Numbered from the stretch's first letter, positions 10,371 through 18,832 are shown. The stretch is 64,000 bases of DNA from an uncultured Nitrososphaerota archaeon (GCA_963838925.1 CAWISW010000003.1:640001-704000), one strand, 5' to 3'. The notes: a model not told the origin generated them from the letters alone. Made by a program: numbers and translations.

Positions 10371-10389
10371 GTCTTCACGCAATCCTACT

Positions 10390-10432
10390 GTCACAGCAGC
10401 GAAAGGCCGTAAAGGAGGAAGGAGACCACCAG
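10390..10432 (-). repeat. Diverged copy of the 3' end of the 7104-7385 gene
   Basis: 39/43 nt identical to 7103-7145; encodes LVVSFLLYGLSLL* vs LVVFFLLYGLSLL*. Confidence 0.85.
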
Positions 10433-10559
10433 AAAGCGCAGGTGCCCGGCACAGCCTCCGCGGCCAGCATGATTGACGGCCCGAACCGCAGCCAGGGCCA
10501 CACAGATTCCAAATCCACACGGGATTAATACTTCCCGGGCGCATTCTGGGCGAGACCAC

Positions 10560-11111
10560 TTGGTTTGCTGCAACCGGAGGCGGGGCGCAGCTAGGGGCGC
10601 GTGGGCGTTCATGTTGGCCGCCGTGCTGGTCGCCACAGCGGTCAGCGGCGCGGCAGTCTACTACACCTTTGGGCACTCTTCCTCAGCCATCGGCATAGGC
10701 ACCCCTTCCGACGCCGGGGTGACCGGCGCCCCTCCCGATTCTGCGCCCGGAAACTTCACCGCGCTCGCAGGGCAGGTGGCGGTGACCGTTGCCGGACTTG
10801 CTGCCGACGACTTCATGGCCAACGGCACGACCTCGAGTTTCACGTGCGGGTCGTCACCGTCCGGGGCCTACCTAGTCCTCACCGACACGAACACGGGGAG
10901 CGACGCCGTGGCCTCCGTCTCCATCTCCTCGGTGGGAGCGGTCACGGCCTTCACCCCATCAGGCATGTGCGACATAAGCGCCGCGACCACCTACATCGTC
11001 TTCCCCGCGACCTCTCAGATCAGCCCGGGCCCGGAGTCGGGCCAAAGCTACGAGGGGTTCGTGAGCATGGCGGACGGCGTGCCGATAACGTTCGAAGGCA
11101 CCTGGCAATAA
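10560..11111 (+). CDS. Secreted pilin-like/beta-sandwich protein
   Basis: RRRGAARGAWAFMLAAVLVATAVSGAAVYY; C-terminal ITFEGTWQ; ATTAATA box upstream of TTG. Confidence 0.7.
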   Translation: MVCCNRRRGAARGAWAFMLAAVLVATAVSGAAVYYTFGHSSSAIGIGTPSDAGVTGAPPDSAPGNFTALAGQVAVTVAGLAADDFMANGTTSSFTCGSSPSGAYLVLTDTNTGSDAVASVSISSVGAVTAFTPSGMCDISAATTYIVFPATSQISPGPESGQSYEGFVSMADGVPITFEGTWQ

Positions 11112-11113
11112 TC

Positions 11114-11230
11114 CAGTCAGTCAAGTCGGCCTGAAAGAGGCCCTTCGGGCAGACCGCATTGTACTCGCAGGCCTTGCACTTGCCCACCCCCGTGCTCGAG
11201 ATGGCCTGCCGCTCCCCCCAGGGGGTATCC
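11114..11230 (-). pseudogene. Displaced 3' end of a Cas4/Exo5-like nuclease gene
   Basis: Encodes GERQAISSTGVGKCKACEYNAVCPKGLF, matching 14281-14396 (GEREATSSTSVGKCKACEYCSVCPKSLF); 1-nt insertion. Confidence 0.88.
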
Positions 11231-11363
11231 ATGCTTCTGGATTATGCTGGCGTGCGCCGCGTGACCTCAAACACTCAACACTAGCCCGAACGCTCTTGAA
11301 GCGGTGGTCCGCGCACATTCTCGGGTGCGCCTTATAGCCCGGCCTCGCCTCCCTCCCCGCGCA

Positions 11364-12323
11364 TTGAAGGGCGTGATGGCGTGGCTCACCGAGGAGGACC
11401 AGCCGGCCGTCAGGTACCTCGCGATGCGCGACCTGCAGGACGGCAGCGGGGGAGACCTCACGGAGGCCCGCGCGGCGATACCGACTAGGGGCTGGGTCAA
11501 GCAGATCCACGAGAAGCGCCTCCCCGGAGCGTACTGGGTCCACCGCGAGGACCTCTACAGGCCCAAGTACTTCTCGACCAACTGGATGCTCCTGGCGCTC
11601 TCAGACCTCGGGGTGACGAGGGAGGTTCCGTGGGTGGCCGAGTCGGCGGAGATGTGGAGGGACACTTTCGCCCGGCCCGACGGGGGCTTCGACACGCCCG
11701 GCTCGGACACGAGCGAGCTCTGCCTCGTTGGGAACACGGCCAGGGCCCTCGTGAAGTTCGGCTACGAGGACGACCCCAAGGTGAAGGGGGCCTTCGAATG
11801 GCTGGTCAAGAACCAGAAGCCCAACGGGGGCTGGGACTGCTTCGGGAGGGACGGCGTGATCGACGGGTGGGAGGGGATGAGCGCGTTCGCGGCCCTGCCC
11901 CGGGGGAAGTGGACGCGCGGGATGAAGGAGGCCGCGGACAGGGGCCTCGAGTTCTACCTGGAGCGCCGTCTCCTCAACGAGGGCGGCCGGTACGACCCAT
12001 GGCGCAGGCTCCACTTCCCCTACCACTACTACTACGACGTCCTGGTGGGGCTCGAGTTCGTCACAGCCCTCGGCAAAGGGGACGACCCGCGGGCGGAGCA
12101 AGCCCTCCGGCTGCTCAAGAGGAAGAGGCGGTCAGACGGCCGCTGGCTGATGGAATCGGTTCACCCTGACGTCCTCAACTCGGGGAGGCTGCCGAAGTAC
12201 TATCTGAAGCGCAAGAAGGACCTGAGGCCCTTCTCGCTTGAGCGAGCGGGCAAGCCGAGCAAGATGATAACGCTGAGGGCGCTGCGGGTCCTGAAGCGCG
12301 TGGGCGAGCCGGTTCCTAGCTGA
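11364..12323 (+). CDS. Alpha/alpha-toroid protein with prenyltransferase/squalene-cyclase-like repeats (uncharacterised family)
   Basis: WLVKNQKPNGGWDC, KRRSDGRW, FPYHYYYDVL, GKPSKMITLRALRVL; TTATA 32 nt upstream of TTG. Confidence 0.8.
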   Translation: MKGVMAWLTEEDQPAVRYLAMRDLQDGSGGDLTEARAAIPTRGWVKQIHEKRLPGAYWVHREDLYRPKYFSTNWMLLALSDLGVTREVPWVAESAEMWRDTFARPDGGFDTPGSDTSELCLVGNTARALVKFGYEDDPKVKGAFEWLVKNQKPNGGWDCFGRDGVIDGWEGMSAFAALPRGKWTRGMKEAADRGLEFYLERRLLNEGGRYDPWRRLHFPYHYYYDVLVGLEFVTALGKGDDPRAEQALRLLKRKRRSDGRWLMESVHPDVLNSGRLPKYYLKRKKDLRPFSLERAGKPSKMITLRALRVLKRVGEPVPS

Positions 12324-12337
12324 GGCCCCGCTTAGCC

Positions 12338-12514
12338 CTACGCGTGGCTCGTCCCCTCACAGTGGTCGAGAATCGTCAGTAGGTTTGCCAGGATCGCCAG
12401 CTCGGACTCGACATCCTCTCTGGAGTGCTCGATTGCCTGCATGACGCGCCTTGTTACGGCAGGGACCAACCGGTCCGCCAGCTCGCAGACTCGAGCGTCG
12501 TCCTCAGCGGTCAT
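12338..12514 (-). CDS. Microprotein B1 (58 aa) of bicistronic cassette 1
   Basis: Manual translation MTAEDDARVCELADRLVPAVTRRVMQAIEHSREDVESELAILANLLTILDHCEGTSHA; ATGA overlap with A1; similar to B2/B3. Confidence 0.7.
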   Translation of the reverse strand: MTAEDDARVCELADRLVPAVTRRVMQAIEHSREDVESELAILANLLTILDHCEGTSHA

Positions 12515-12651
12515 CGTCTCCGCATTCTAGACACGTCAAGGGTTTCGTTCGCCCACTTCTCGAACGCCTTAGGGTCCTTTAGAAGCCGGTCGATGAAGCG
12601 CCTCGCGCTCTCCAAATCCTCTTCCGGCTGCGCCCGCCTTGCCTTGACCAT
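12511..12651 (-). CDS. Microprotein A1 (46 aa) of bicistronic cassette 1
   Basis: MVKARRAQPEEDLESARRFIDRLLKDPKAFEKWANETLDVSRMRRR; TTATTA box 30 nt upstream; similar to A2/A3. Confidence 0.72.
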   Translation of the reverse strand: MVKARRAQPEEDLESARRFIDRLLKDPKAFEKWANETLDVSRMRRR

Positions 12652-12793
12652 GTCCTGCTAAGATGGTAGGGTGGCTAATAAGCGTCGACGAGGACTGTGG
12701 TCGCGGCGAGCTCATCTTTCCAGGCAGGACATCGTTCAGGCAGACCGTGGATGCTTATTAGGCTCCGGCGATTGCAATGCCGACGGCCTAGAG

Positions 12794-12949
12794 GTGCAGT
12801 CCCTGGACAAGCCGCTGACCAAGAAGGAGCTCCAGAACTTGGACAAGCTTCTCCACGATGACGCGGCGTTCGAAAGGATGGTCGAGCGGGCCGTCAGGGG
12901 TAGAATGCAATCGGGACGAAACGCAAGAAAGTCTGCCCGAGAATCTTGA
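12794..12949 (+). CDS. Microprotein A2 (~51 aa) of bicistronic cassette 2
   Basis: MQSLDKPLTKKELQNLDKLLHDDAAFERMVERAVRGRM...; GCTTATTAG box upstream, the same 9-mer as cassette 1. Confidence 0.65.
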   Translation: MQSLDKPLTKKELQNLDKLLHDDAAFERMVERAVRGRMQSGRNARKSARES

Positions 12950-13082
12950 CAGGCTTGAGAGAGTCCTTCGAAGGCGGGTCATCCGCGCGCCCGTGCGAGA
13001 TCCCGAGCGGCTGTTTGACGAGCTCGACGACCTCAACTTGGTCCTTGAATTGAAGGACAGAATCAAGAGCAACTTACCTTGA
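12933..13082 (+). CDS. Microprotein B2 (~49 aa) of bicistronic cassette 2 (start uncertain: CTG 12933 or ATG 12858)
   Basis: PENLDRLERVLRRRVIRAPVRDPERLFDELDDLNLVLELKDRIKSNLP; overlaps the end of A2; similar to B1/B3. Confidence 0.6.
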   Translation: MPENLDRLERVLRRRVIRAPVRDPERLFDELDDLNLVLELKDRIKSNLP

Positions 13083-13138
13083 ACGTTCTAGGGGATCCCA
13101 CTCGGGCAAGCTCCCGACTTCGAGCAGTCTTTGGAGAG

Positions 13139-13208
13139 GCCGAGCAAGATGATTACCCTGAGGGCGTTGCGAGTCCTGAAGCACCTCTGCGAGCCGATGC
13201 TAGATTGA
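13139..13208 (+). repeat. Displaced copy of the 3' end of the 11364-12323 gene
   Basis: PSKMITLRALRVLKHLCEPMLD* vs PSKMITLRALRVLKRVGEPVPS*; first 43 nt 39/43 identical, stop at the same position. Confidence 0.88.
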
Positions 13209-13269
13209 GGTTGGGAGGCCCCCTTCCCTCATGCAGGCGCTCTGTCAAGGATCACTTTTCTTTGAAATA

Positions 13270-13470
13270 GCGTCGACACGGTAACAATCACTTCTTGGGG
13301 ACGAGACCCCACCCGCCTCCGGCTCCGGCGACTCGACGCCCCCTGCTCAGTCCGACGACAATTCCGACACGACGAGCCCTCCGCCGTCGAATGGCGGCTC
13401 GAGCCCGCCGAGCAGCGACTCGACCTCGGCGACCACCTCGCCCCGCCTATCCATTTCCCCAGTTCCTTAG
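13270..13470 (+). pseudogene. Fragment of a Ser/Pro/Asp-rich secreted protein gene
   Basis: Start-less frame DETPPASGSGDSTPPAQSDDNSDTTSPPPSNGGSSPPSSDSTSATTS...*. Confidence 0.4.
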
Positions 13471-13550
13471 ATTGGAACTGTAGCGGCCGGTGGGCGCTTT
13501 TTGGAGAGGCGACCTTATATCGAAGACAGAGTATGGAAAACCGAACTTCA

Positions 13551-13685
13551 GTGCCAGACCAGACTCCCGAGTCTGACGACGAAGCCATCCGCAGGATCGA
13601 CGAGCTGCTGAAGGACCCCAAGAGACTGAGAGAGGCCATCGAGTCTCGCATCGACAGGGTGGTCAAGAATTGGCCGAAGCATTGA
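13551..13685 (+). CDS. Microprotein A3 (44 aa; 50 aa from ATG 13533) of bicistronic cassette 3
   Basis: MPDQTPESDDEAIRRIDELLKDPKRLREAIESRIDRVVKNWPKH; CTTATAT box upstream; shares IDxLLKDPK with A1. Confidence 0.72.
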   Translation: MPDQTPESDDEAIRRIDELLKDPKRLREAIESRIDRVVKNWPKH

Positions 13686-13867
13686 ACGACGACATCCAGC
13701 GTCTCTGCCGGCTCCTAATCGACCACAAGAAAGTGCTCGCCCACAGAGCCCTCATAGCTTGGGAGCGAAGCCCCGAGACTTTTGGTGAAGAGATTATCGC
13801 CCTCAACAGCATCGATGAGACCTTGCGCAACAACCCGCTTCTCAGACCGGAGTCGAACAACCCGTGA
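13682..13867 (+). CDS. Microprotein B3 (~61-65 aa) of bicistronic cassette 3
   Basis: NDDIQRLCRLLIDHKKVLAHRALIAWERSPETFGEEIIALNSIDETLRNNP...; TTGA overlap with the A3 stop (alternative TTG at 13670). Confidence 0.7.
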   Translation: MNDDIQRLCRLLIDHKKVLAHRALIAWERSPETFGEEIIALNSIDETLRNNPLLRPESNNP

Positions 13868-13907
13868 ATCCATGTTTACCAGCAGCGGCCCCACGCAGTG
13901 ACACGAC

Positions 13908-13980
13908 TTGGAGCTCCCCGACGACGAGCTGGTGGATGTCTACGACGACGCCCTCCTCCAAGGCACGCGGTCGTTATGAG
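13908..13980 (+). pseudogene. Truncated 5' end of a NUDIX paralog
   Basis: 13920-13954 is 32/35 identical to 4646-4680 (DDELVDVY); preceded by GTTTA box and TTG, then decays. Confidence 0.75.
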
Positions 13981-14287
13981 AGACGTAGATGAGCACGGCA
14001 CGCCACACTGCCTGCTAGACTTATGCTGATCAATGCCCTACGTGGGCGCTTTAGTCCGTACACGGCCTGAACGCGAGGAGTCTGTTGAGGTGGTTGAGGG
14101 GCCGCGATGAAGGATTAGCAATCGGACCATCATCCCACATGGAATGACGGGAACACGATGTGGTCTGAGCCCCTCGATCCTTGACCCTCAGGCTCTCATA
14201 AGAGCGTTCTGAGGGTGGGCGCATCGGTCTCCGCGCGCGACCACGACGGGCAGGCAGAACTGGCCGCCTCAACAGCGATTCAGTTGG

Positions 14288-15085
14288 TCAAGTGGGCTTG
14301 AAGAGGCTCTTTGGGCAGACCGAGCAGTACTCGCAGGCCTTGCACTTGCCCACGCTCGTGCTCGACGTCGCCTCCCTCTCGCCCAGCCAGTACCCCCGCT
14401 TCTCCATCACGCTCGCCTCCGCCGCGGCCCTGTCGTGGGAGAGGAGGTGCACCTTCATCGCGTTCCGGTACTTGGCCTCGAGCTCGGCCAGCTTCCCCGA
14501 CTCCAGGTGGGTCGAGACCCTCTCCATCCAGAGCCCGCGCTCCTCCTCCGTGAGCTCCCCCGCCCTCAGCCTCACCAGGGCGAGCCTCAGGCGGGAGCAG
14601 TCGAACCCCATCAGCTCCAGGAGGAGGCCGTAGATCCGGACCTGGTTCATCTGGTCGGGCCAAAGGGAGGTCGGGTCGCCCCTCGTGGTCTTCAGCTCGA
14701 CGAGCCAGAGCGGCCTCCCCTCAGACCACACGATGTGGTCGGGCTCGCCGACTATCCGAAGGCCGCCGACGGTCGCCCAGACCCTCAGCACCGCGTAGCT
14801 CGGCTCCTTCCTGCTCACGAGCTCGGCGAACTGCCTCTCCGTGATGGGCTCCTGCGGGATGAGCTCGTCGTGCAGGTCCGTCCCCGCGTCCTTCGCCTCG
14901 GTGGGGACCTCCCCGAACGCGAACTCGTTCTCGACCTTGTACTCGCAGTAGAACTGGCCGGCTATCGTGGAGACCGCGACGAAGCTCGCGTCGTGGCGGA
15001 AGTTCTTCTCGCCCGATAGCATGAATTCCTTTTCGCGTCTCCACAAGGAATCCCAAAATGCAGCCCGTCGAGCGGCGTCAGTCAA
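14288..15085 (-). CDS. Solo Cas4/Exo5-like PD-(D/E)XK nuclease with 4Fe-4S ligands
   Basis: QFYCEYK + C-terminal CKACEYCSVC, GTDLH, GEPDHI...VELKT, QVRIYG; start may be ATG 15022. Confidence 0.85.
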   Translation of the reverse strand: MTDAARRAAFWDSLWRREKEFMLSGEKNFRHDASFVAVSTIAGQFYCEYKVENEFAFGEVPTEAKDAGTDLHDELIPQEPITERQFAELVSRKEPSYAVLRVWATVGGLRIVGEPDHIVWSEGRPLWLVELKTTRGDPTSLWPDQMNQVRIYGLLLELMGFDCSRLRLALVRLRAGELTEEERGLWMERVSTHLESGKLAELEAKYRNAMKVHLLSHDRAAAEASVMEKRGYWLGEREATSSTSVGKCKACEYCSVCPKSLFKPT

Positions 15086-15203
15086 TCTTCTTCTTTAAGG
15101 ATAGAGTTGCGTCAACCGTCCCCTAATACAGATATCTTACTAGCAGGGTTGAGGAGGATTGCTACCGCCGCGGCGGCCCTCGCGCGGTCTGCAGAATTAG
15201 ACA

Positions 15204-15716
15204 TCAGACCCCCAGCACGGCCTGGAGGATGCCTGCAACCGAGGTCGAAGCGACCAGCGAGATGACAAGTTGGTTGGTCTGTGGGTCGACGATCACGTAC
15301 CCAGAAAGTTTCAGCGACGAAAACGCCCCTGTGAAGCTTGGGGACTTTATGTTCACTCCGGTAAGGTTGAGCGTCATGTTCAGGTCGGTGCTCCCCTGGG
15401 CGGCCGGGTTCATGGTTATCTGAATGCTGCCCGAGGTCGCGTTGAGCTTCGTCGAGCCGTCGGGACTGCTGTAGTTGAAGTTCTGCAAAGTGAGTCCGAT
15501 GTTCCCCGTCGTGTTTGTAGCGACGGCCGCGAAAACGGGATTGGTCATCAGTCCCGCAGGAATCGCGGTCCGCTCGTTGATGTGGTCGACGGGGACCTGC
15601 CAAGTGAAGCCCAGGAATATCAGCAGTATCGCGACGACGGCGACCGCCAAGCCGACAGTCTTGCGCCGAGTGAGATGCAGACCACGCGGGTTCGATGGCG
15701 CCGCAGTTGTTGACAA
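15204..15716 (-). CDS. Secreted/membrane-anchored hypothetical protein
   Basis: RRKTVGLAVAVVAILLIFLGF anchor, beta-rich N/T/S body. Confidence 0.75.
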   Translation of the reverse strand: MSTTAAPSNPRGLHLTRRKTVGLAVAVVAILLIFLGFTWQVPVDHINERTAIPAGLMTNPVFAAVATNTTGNIGLTLQNFNYSSPDGSTKLNATSGSIQITMNPAAQGSTDLNMTLNLTGVNIKSPSFTGAFSSLKLSGYVIVDPQTNQLVISLVASTSVAGILQAVLGV

Positions 15717-15832
15717 GATGGCCGCTCTCGCAAAAAGAGACCTTCCCTATTGAAGATTTCCATCCATTAGCACGGAGACCCAGGAGGAGGGGACGCGGCG
15801 TCTTGACTTGGCCTTCGGGTGACCGTCGTCTC

Positions 15833-16663
15833 TCAGGCCGCGGCCTGAGGCTTGACCGATGATGACGCCGCAGAGATTAGCGCAGGGAACGCCTTCGCCA
15901 CGGCGGCGATACCCAGTGACAACACTCCGGCAGCCGACGCGGCTGCAGAAGTCGACGTGCCGGGATAAGACGCTGCAATCGACCCTGATGCGAAGGCTAG
16001 GACGACCGCAATCGCGCCTAGAGCGCCCAGAAGCAGATCTTCAGTTGTCCGGGAGTTCTGAGAGGAAAGCCCTGCGTCAGCTGGACTTTTCTTCACCTTG
16101 TCCAACATCGCGCTTACCTTCGCGGTCAAGGACAAATCCGCCAGAGCTTTCACCACGAAGGCAGACCCCGTAAAGATGAGAAACCACTCAACGTCGTTGC
16201 CTACTACCGCTGTGGAGGGAGTAGACTTCCCGAGGAAGACGGTGAGAAGGGTGGGTATGATTCCCGCCAAGGTCAAGCCGAGGAGGGACAAGTCCCCCAG
16301 AAGCTCGTACGTGTCGATCTTCGGCGTTTGGTCACCCGGCTTGCCCTTTCGTACGAGGCTCGGATACTTTTCCTCGAGTTTGTCAATGGGGCCTCTGACT
16401 CTGTAGTGCACCGTGGCTATCAGAGACGGGATGGCCTTGCCAAGAGCCGCAACCACAAGGGCTCCCTCACCAAGATACACAGCCGTCGGAGTGGCGGCAG
16501 TAAGAAACGAACTGAAGCTCCCGGTCAGGAGCGAGCTCATCGTACCGACGAACCCTCCCACCGCCAGGAAACCGTCCTCACATGAGGTTAGGAACGCAAC
16601 TCTGTTGTCGGTGGATTCCGACCTCTTGCCAGTATGCTCCTTCGTCTCGAGAGCGGAAGCCAT
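15833..16663 (-). CDS. Membrane protein with three internal 2-TM repeats
   Basis: Units start EDGFL/GDLSL/EDLLL and end LGKAIPSL/VVKALADL/VAKAFPAL. Confidence 0.7.
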   Translation of the reverse strand: MASALETKEHTGKRSESTDNRVAFLTSCEDGFLAVGGFVGTMSSLLTGSFSSFLTAATPTAVYLGEGALVVAALGKAIPSLIATVHYRVRGPIDKLEEKYPSLVRKGKPGDQTPKIDTYELLGDLSLLGLTLAGIIPTLLTVFLGKSTPSTAVVGNDVEWFLIFTGSAFVVKALADLSLTAKVSAMLDKVKKSPADAGLSSQNSRTTEDLLLGALGAIAVVLAFASGSIAASYPGTSTSAAASAAGVLSLGIAAVAKAFPALISAASSSVKPQAAA

Positions 16664-16822
16664 CTGCTCACGGATTTAGGTGGCGGAACGAATGTAAGGT
16701 TTTCGAGTTTGGGGCAGCGACGGCCGGGACGCAGAGAGGCAATCCTTCCTCTACAATACCTAGATTGGAGATTCTGGTTCCATAAATATTCGGATAATCA
16801 AGAAGATTCAATTTAGTGACTC

Positions 16823-18832
16823 GTGTTGACAGCTTCTGCTCATCCCACCTCTGCATTTCTGGGACTCCGCCTAAAGCCAATCCTAATCGAGCTTGAGAAG
16901 GAGATCCAAAACCTCGAAGAGAAGACGTCTCCCTACAAGACATACGCAGCATATATTCAGCGAAAGGACAGAGCGGAATGTCTGAATGAAGTCAAGTCAC
17001 TTTTGAGAAGGATTCACGGTTTGCGCTCTCGGACATTCTTTGCAACTTGGAGGAATCGCACGGTGCTTCACTCTCTGCAGTCTAGGACATACGCTCTCAA
17101 GAATTTCCTCGAAGGTTATTGTTCAGAGTATGCGAGCGCCGAGGTCAATCGGAGGAAGGCGTTCTTCGACGAAGCTAGATTGGACGAAGAACAAAAAACC
17201 GCTGTAGTGAAGGACGAGTCCCACCATCTGGTCATTGCGGCGGCAGGTTCAGGCAAGACCCGAACTCTAACAGCGAGGATTGCCCTTCTGATTGAACGAG
17301 GAGTACCGCAAGAAAGAATCCTTGCTCTCACATACACCAACGCGGCTGTGGCCGAAATGACGTCCAGACTCAACTCCCAATACGGCATCAAGGCTAACGT
17401 GAACACGTTTCACTCCTTTTGTCATGACTTAGCCAAGGAATCACAGGACTTCAGAAGCGGGGTAGCGGGAGCAAAAGAGCACCAGTTCATTCGTCAAGCC
17501 GCTGAAAGGCTAGCGTCCAATAACAAAGATTTCGCGCTGAAGATGCTCAACTTTGCCGAGGAGTTCAAAAGAGCCGAGGAGAAGAAACAGCAAGAATTTC
17601 CGACCGCAGAAGAGTACTACAAGTACCTACGCCATCAGGAATACCAGACACTGAACCTAGTGCCTGTGAAGTCGATAGCTGAATGCGAGATAGGTAATTT
17701 TCTCTTCTTGCACGGTGTGCGGTTCGAGTACGAGGCTTCTGCGAAGTGGGCCGACAGAAGTCCTGCGTTCCGAGACTACCAACCCGATTTCTTTCTGCCC
17801 GACTACGGTCTCTATCTGGAGCATTGGGCCAGCGATAGAAAGGGGAGAGTTCCGGATTGGTTCTCGGACGGTGGCTCGGGAGACCCCTCGGAGCGATACC
17901 GGGAGGGGATGGAGTGGAAGAGAGACCAGTTCAAGAAGCAGAATCGACGACTGGTTGAGACCTTCCACTATCAAGTCGCAGAAGGTGATCTTCTACGCAA
18001 CCTTAGGATGCAGCTGGAGGCGAATGGTGTCATGCTCGCCGACCTCCCTATGGACGAGGTCATCAGACGAATCGACGGGGAAATTCGGCGCGATCCGCTT
18101 CATGAGATTGTCTTGTCCTTCATCAAGCGGGGGAAGACCAACGGGCTAGTGCCGTCCGACATTCAAGCCCGGCTTGAATCCGGCAACTGGACGAAGAAGC
18201 AGCGGGATTTCGCTTCCCTGATGGTGCTCATCTGGATAGAGTACGAGAACCTCCTCAGGGAGAGCAACATGCTTGATTTCAATGACATGGTGACTCTCGC
18301 CCTGCAGGTGGCTCGGAAGAAGGGGTCTGATCTGGCGAAGCAATATCCTCACATCCTTGTCGACGAGTTCCAAGACATCACCGACCCTCAACTCGAACTG
18401 ATACGATGCATCTCATCTGGGTCCGGGAACGGCGGAACCTTGTTCTGCGTGGGGGACCACAGACAAAACATCTTTTCTTTCGCCGGGTCAAACGTCAAGA
18501 ACATCCTCGAGTTCGATGAAAGCTTCCCAGACTCGGAGAGGACGCTGTTATCCACCAACTATCGATGCCCAAGCAACGTGGTCAGAGCTTCGAACCAGCT
18601 GATGGTCAGCCACCCAGGTGAAACGCCGGCAGTCCCAATGTCAACCGAGGTTCGTCCTATCCGTCTGATTCAGAAGAGCGACAATCTTCAGTACGACAAA
18701 TGGGAGGCGCAATCGGCAAGAACGCTGCTGAACGAGCTTCTCGAGACGAAGAAAGACGATGAGGACATCTTGGTCCTGGCTCGATACAATTTCCGCTATC
18801 AAGACTTAGATGTCTTTTGGCGAAGACGCTAA
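16823..18832 (+). CDS. UvrD/HelD (helicase IV-like) SF1 helicase with embedded PD-(D/E)XK-like domain, N-terminal part
   Basis: AAAGSGKT, ILALTYTN, LVDEFQD, VGDHRQNIFSFAGS, LSTNYRC; insert YQPDFFLPDYGLYLEHW. Confidence 0.88.
   Translation: MLTASAHPTSAFLGLRLKPILIELEKEIQNLEEKTSPYKTYAAYIQRKDRAECLNEVKSLLRRIHGLRSRTFFATWRNRTVLHSLQSRTYALKNFLEGYCSEYASAEVNRRKAFFDEARLDEEQKTAVVKDESHHLVIAAAGSGKTRTLTARIALLIERGVPQERILALTYTNAAVAEMTSRLNSQYGIKANVNTFHSFCHDLAKESQDFRSGVAGAKEHQFIRQAAERLASNNKDFALKMLNFAEEFKRAEEKKQQEFPTAEEYYKYLRHQEYQTLNLVPVKSIAECEIGNFLFLHGVRFEYEASAKWADRSPAFRDYQPDFFLPDYGLYLEHWASDRKGRVPDWFSDGGSGDPSERYREGMEWKRDQFKKQNRRLVETFHYQVAEGDLLRNLRMQLEANGVMLADLPMDEVIRRIDGEIRRDPLHEIVLSFIKRGKTNGLVPSDIQARLESGNWTKKQRDFASLMVLIWIEYENLLRESNMLDFNDMVTLALQVARKKGSDLAKQYPHILVDEFQDITDPQLELIRCISSGSGNGGTLFCVGDHRQNIFSFAGSNVKNILEFDESFPDSERTLLSTNYRCPSNVVRASNQLMVSHPGETPAVPMSTEVRPIRLIQKSDNLQYDKWEAQSARTLLNELLETKKDDEDILVLARYNFRYQDLDVFWRRR

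Noticed and set aside
14051-14272. Possible fourth microprotein cassette
   Set aside because: Translation shows neither the A nor the B motif.
14288-15200. CRISPR-Cas locus around the Cas4-like gene
   Set aside because: No cas1/cas2 or effector genes and no regularly spaced repeat-spacer array seen in the window.
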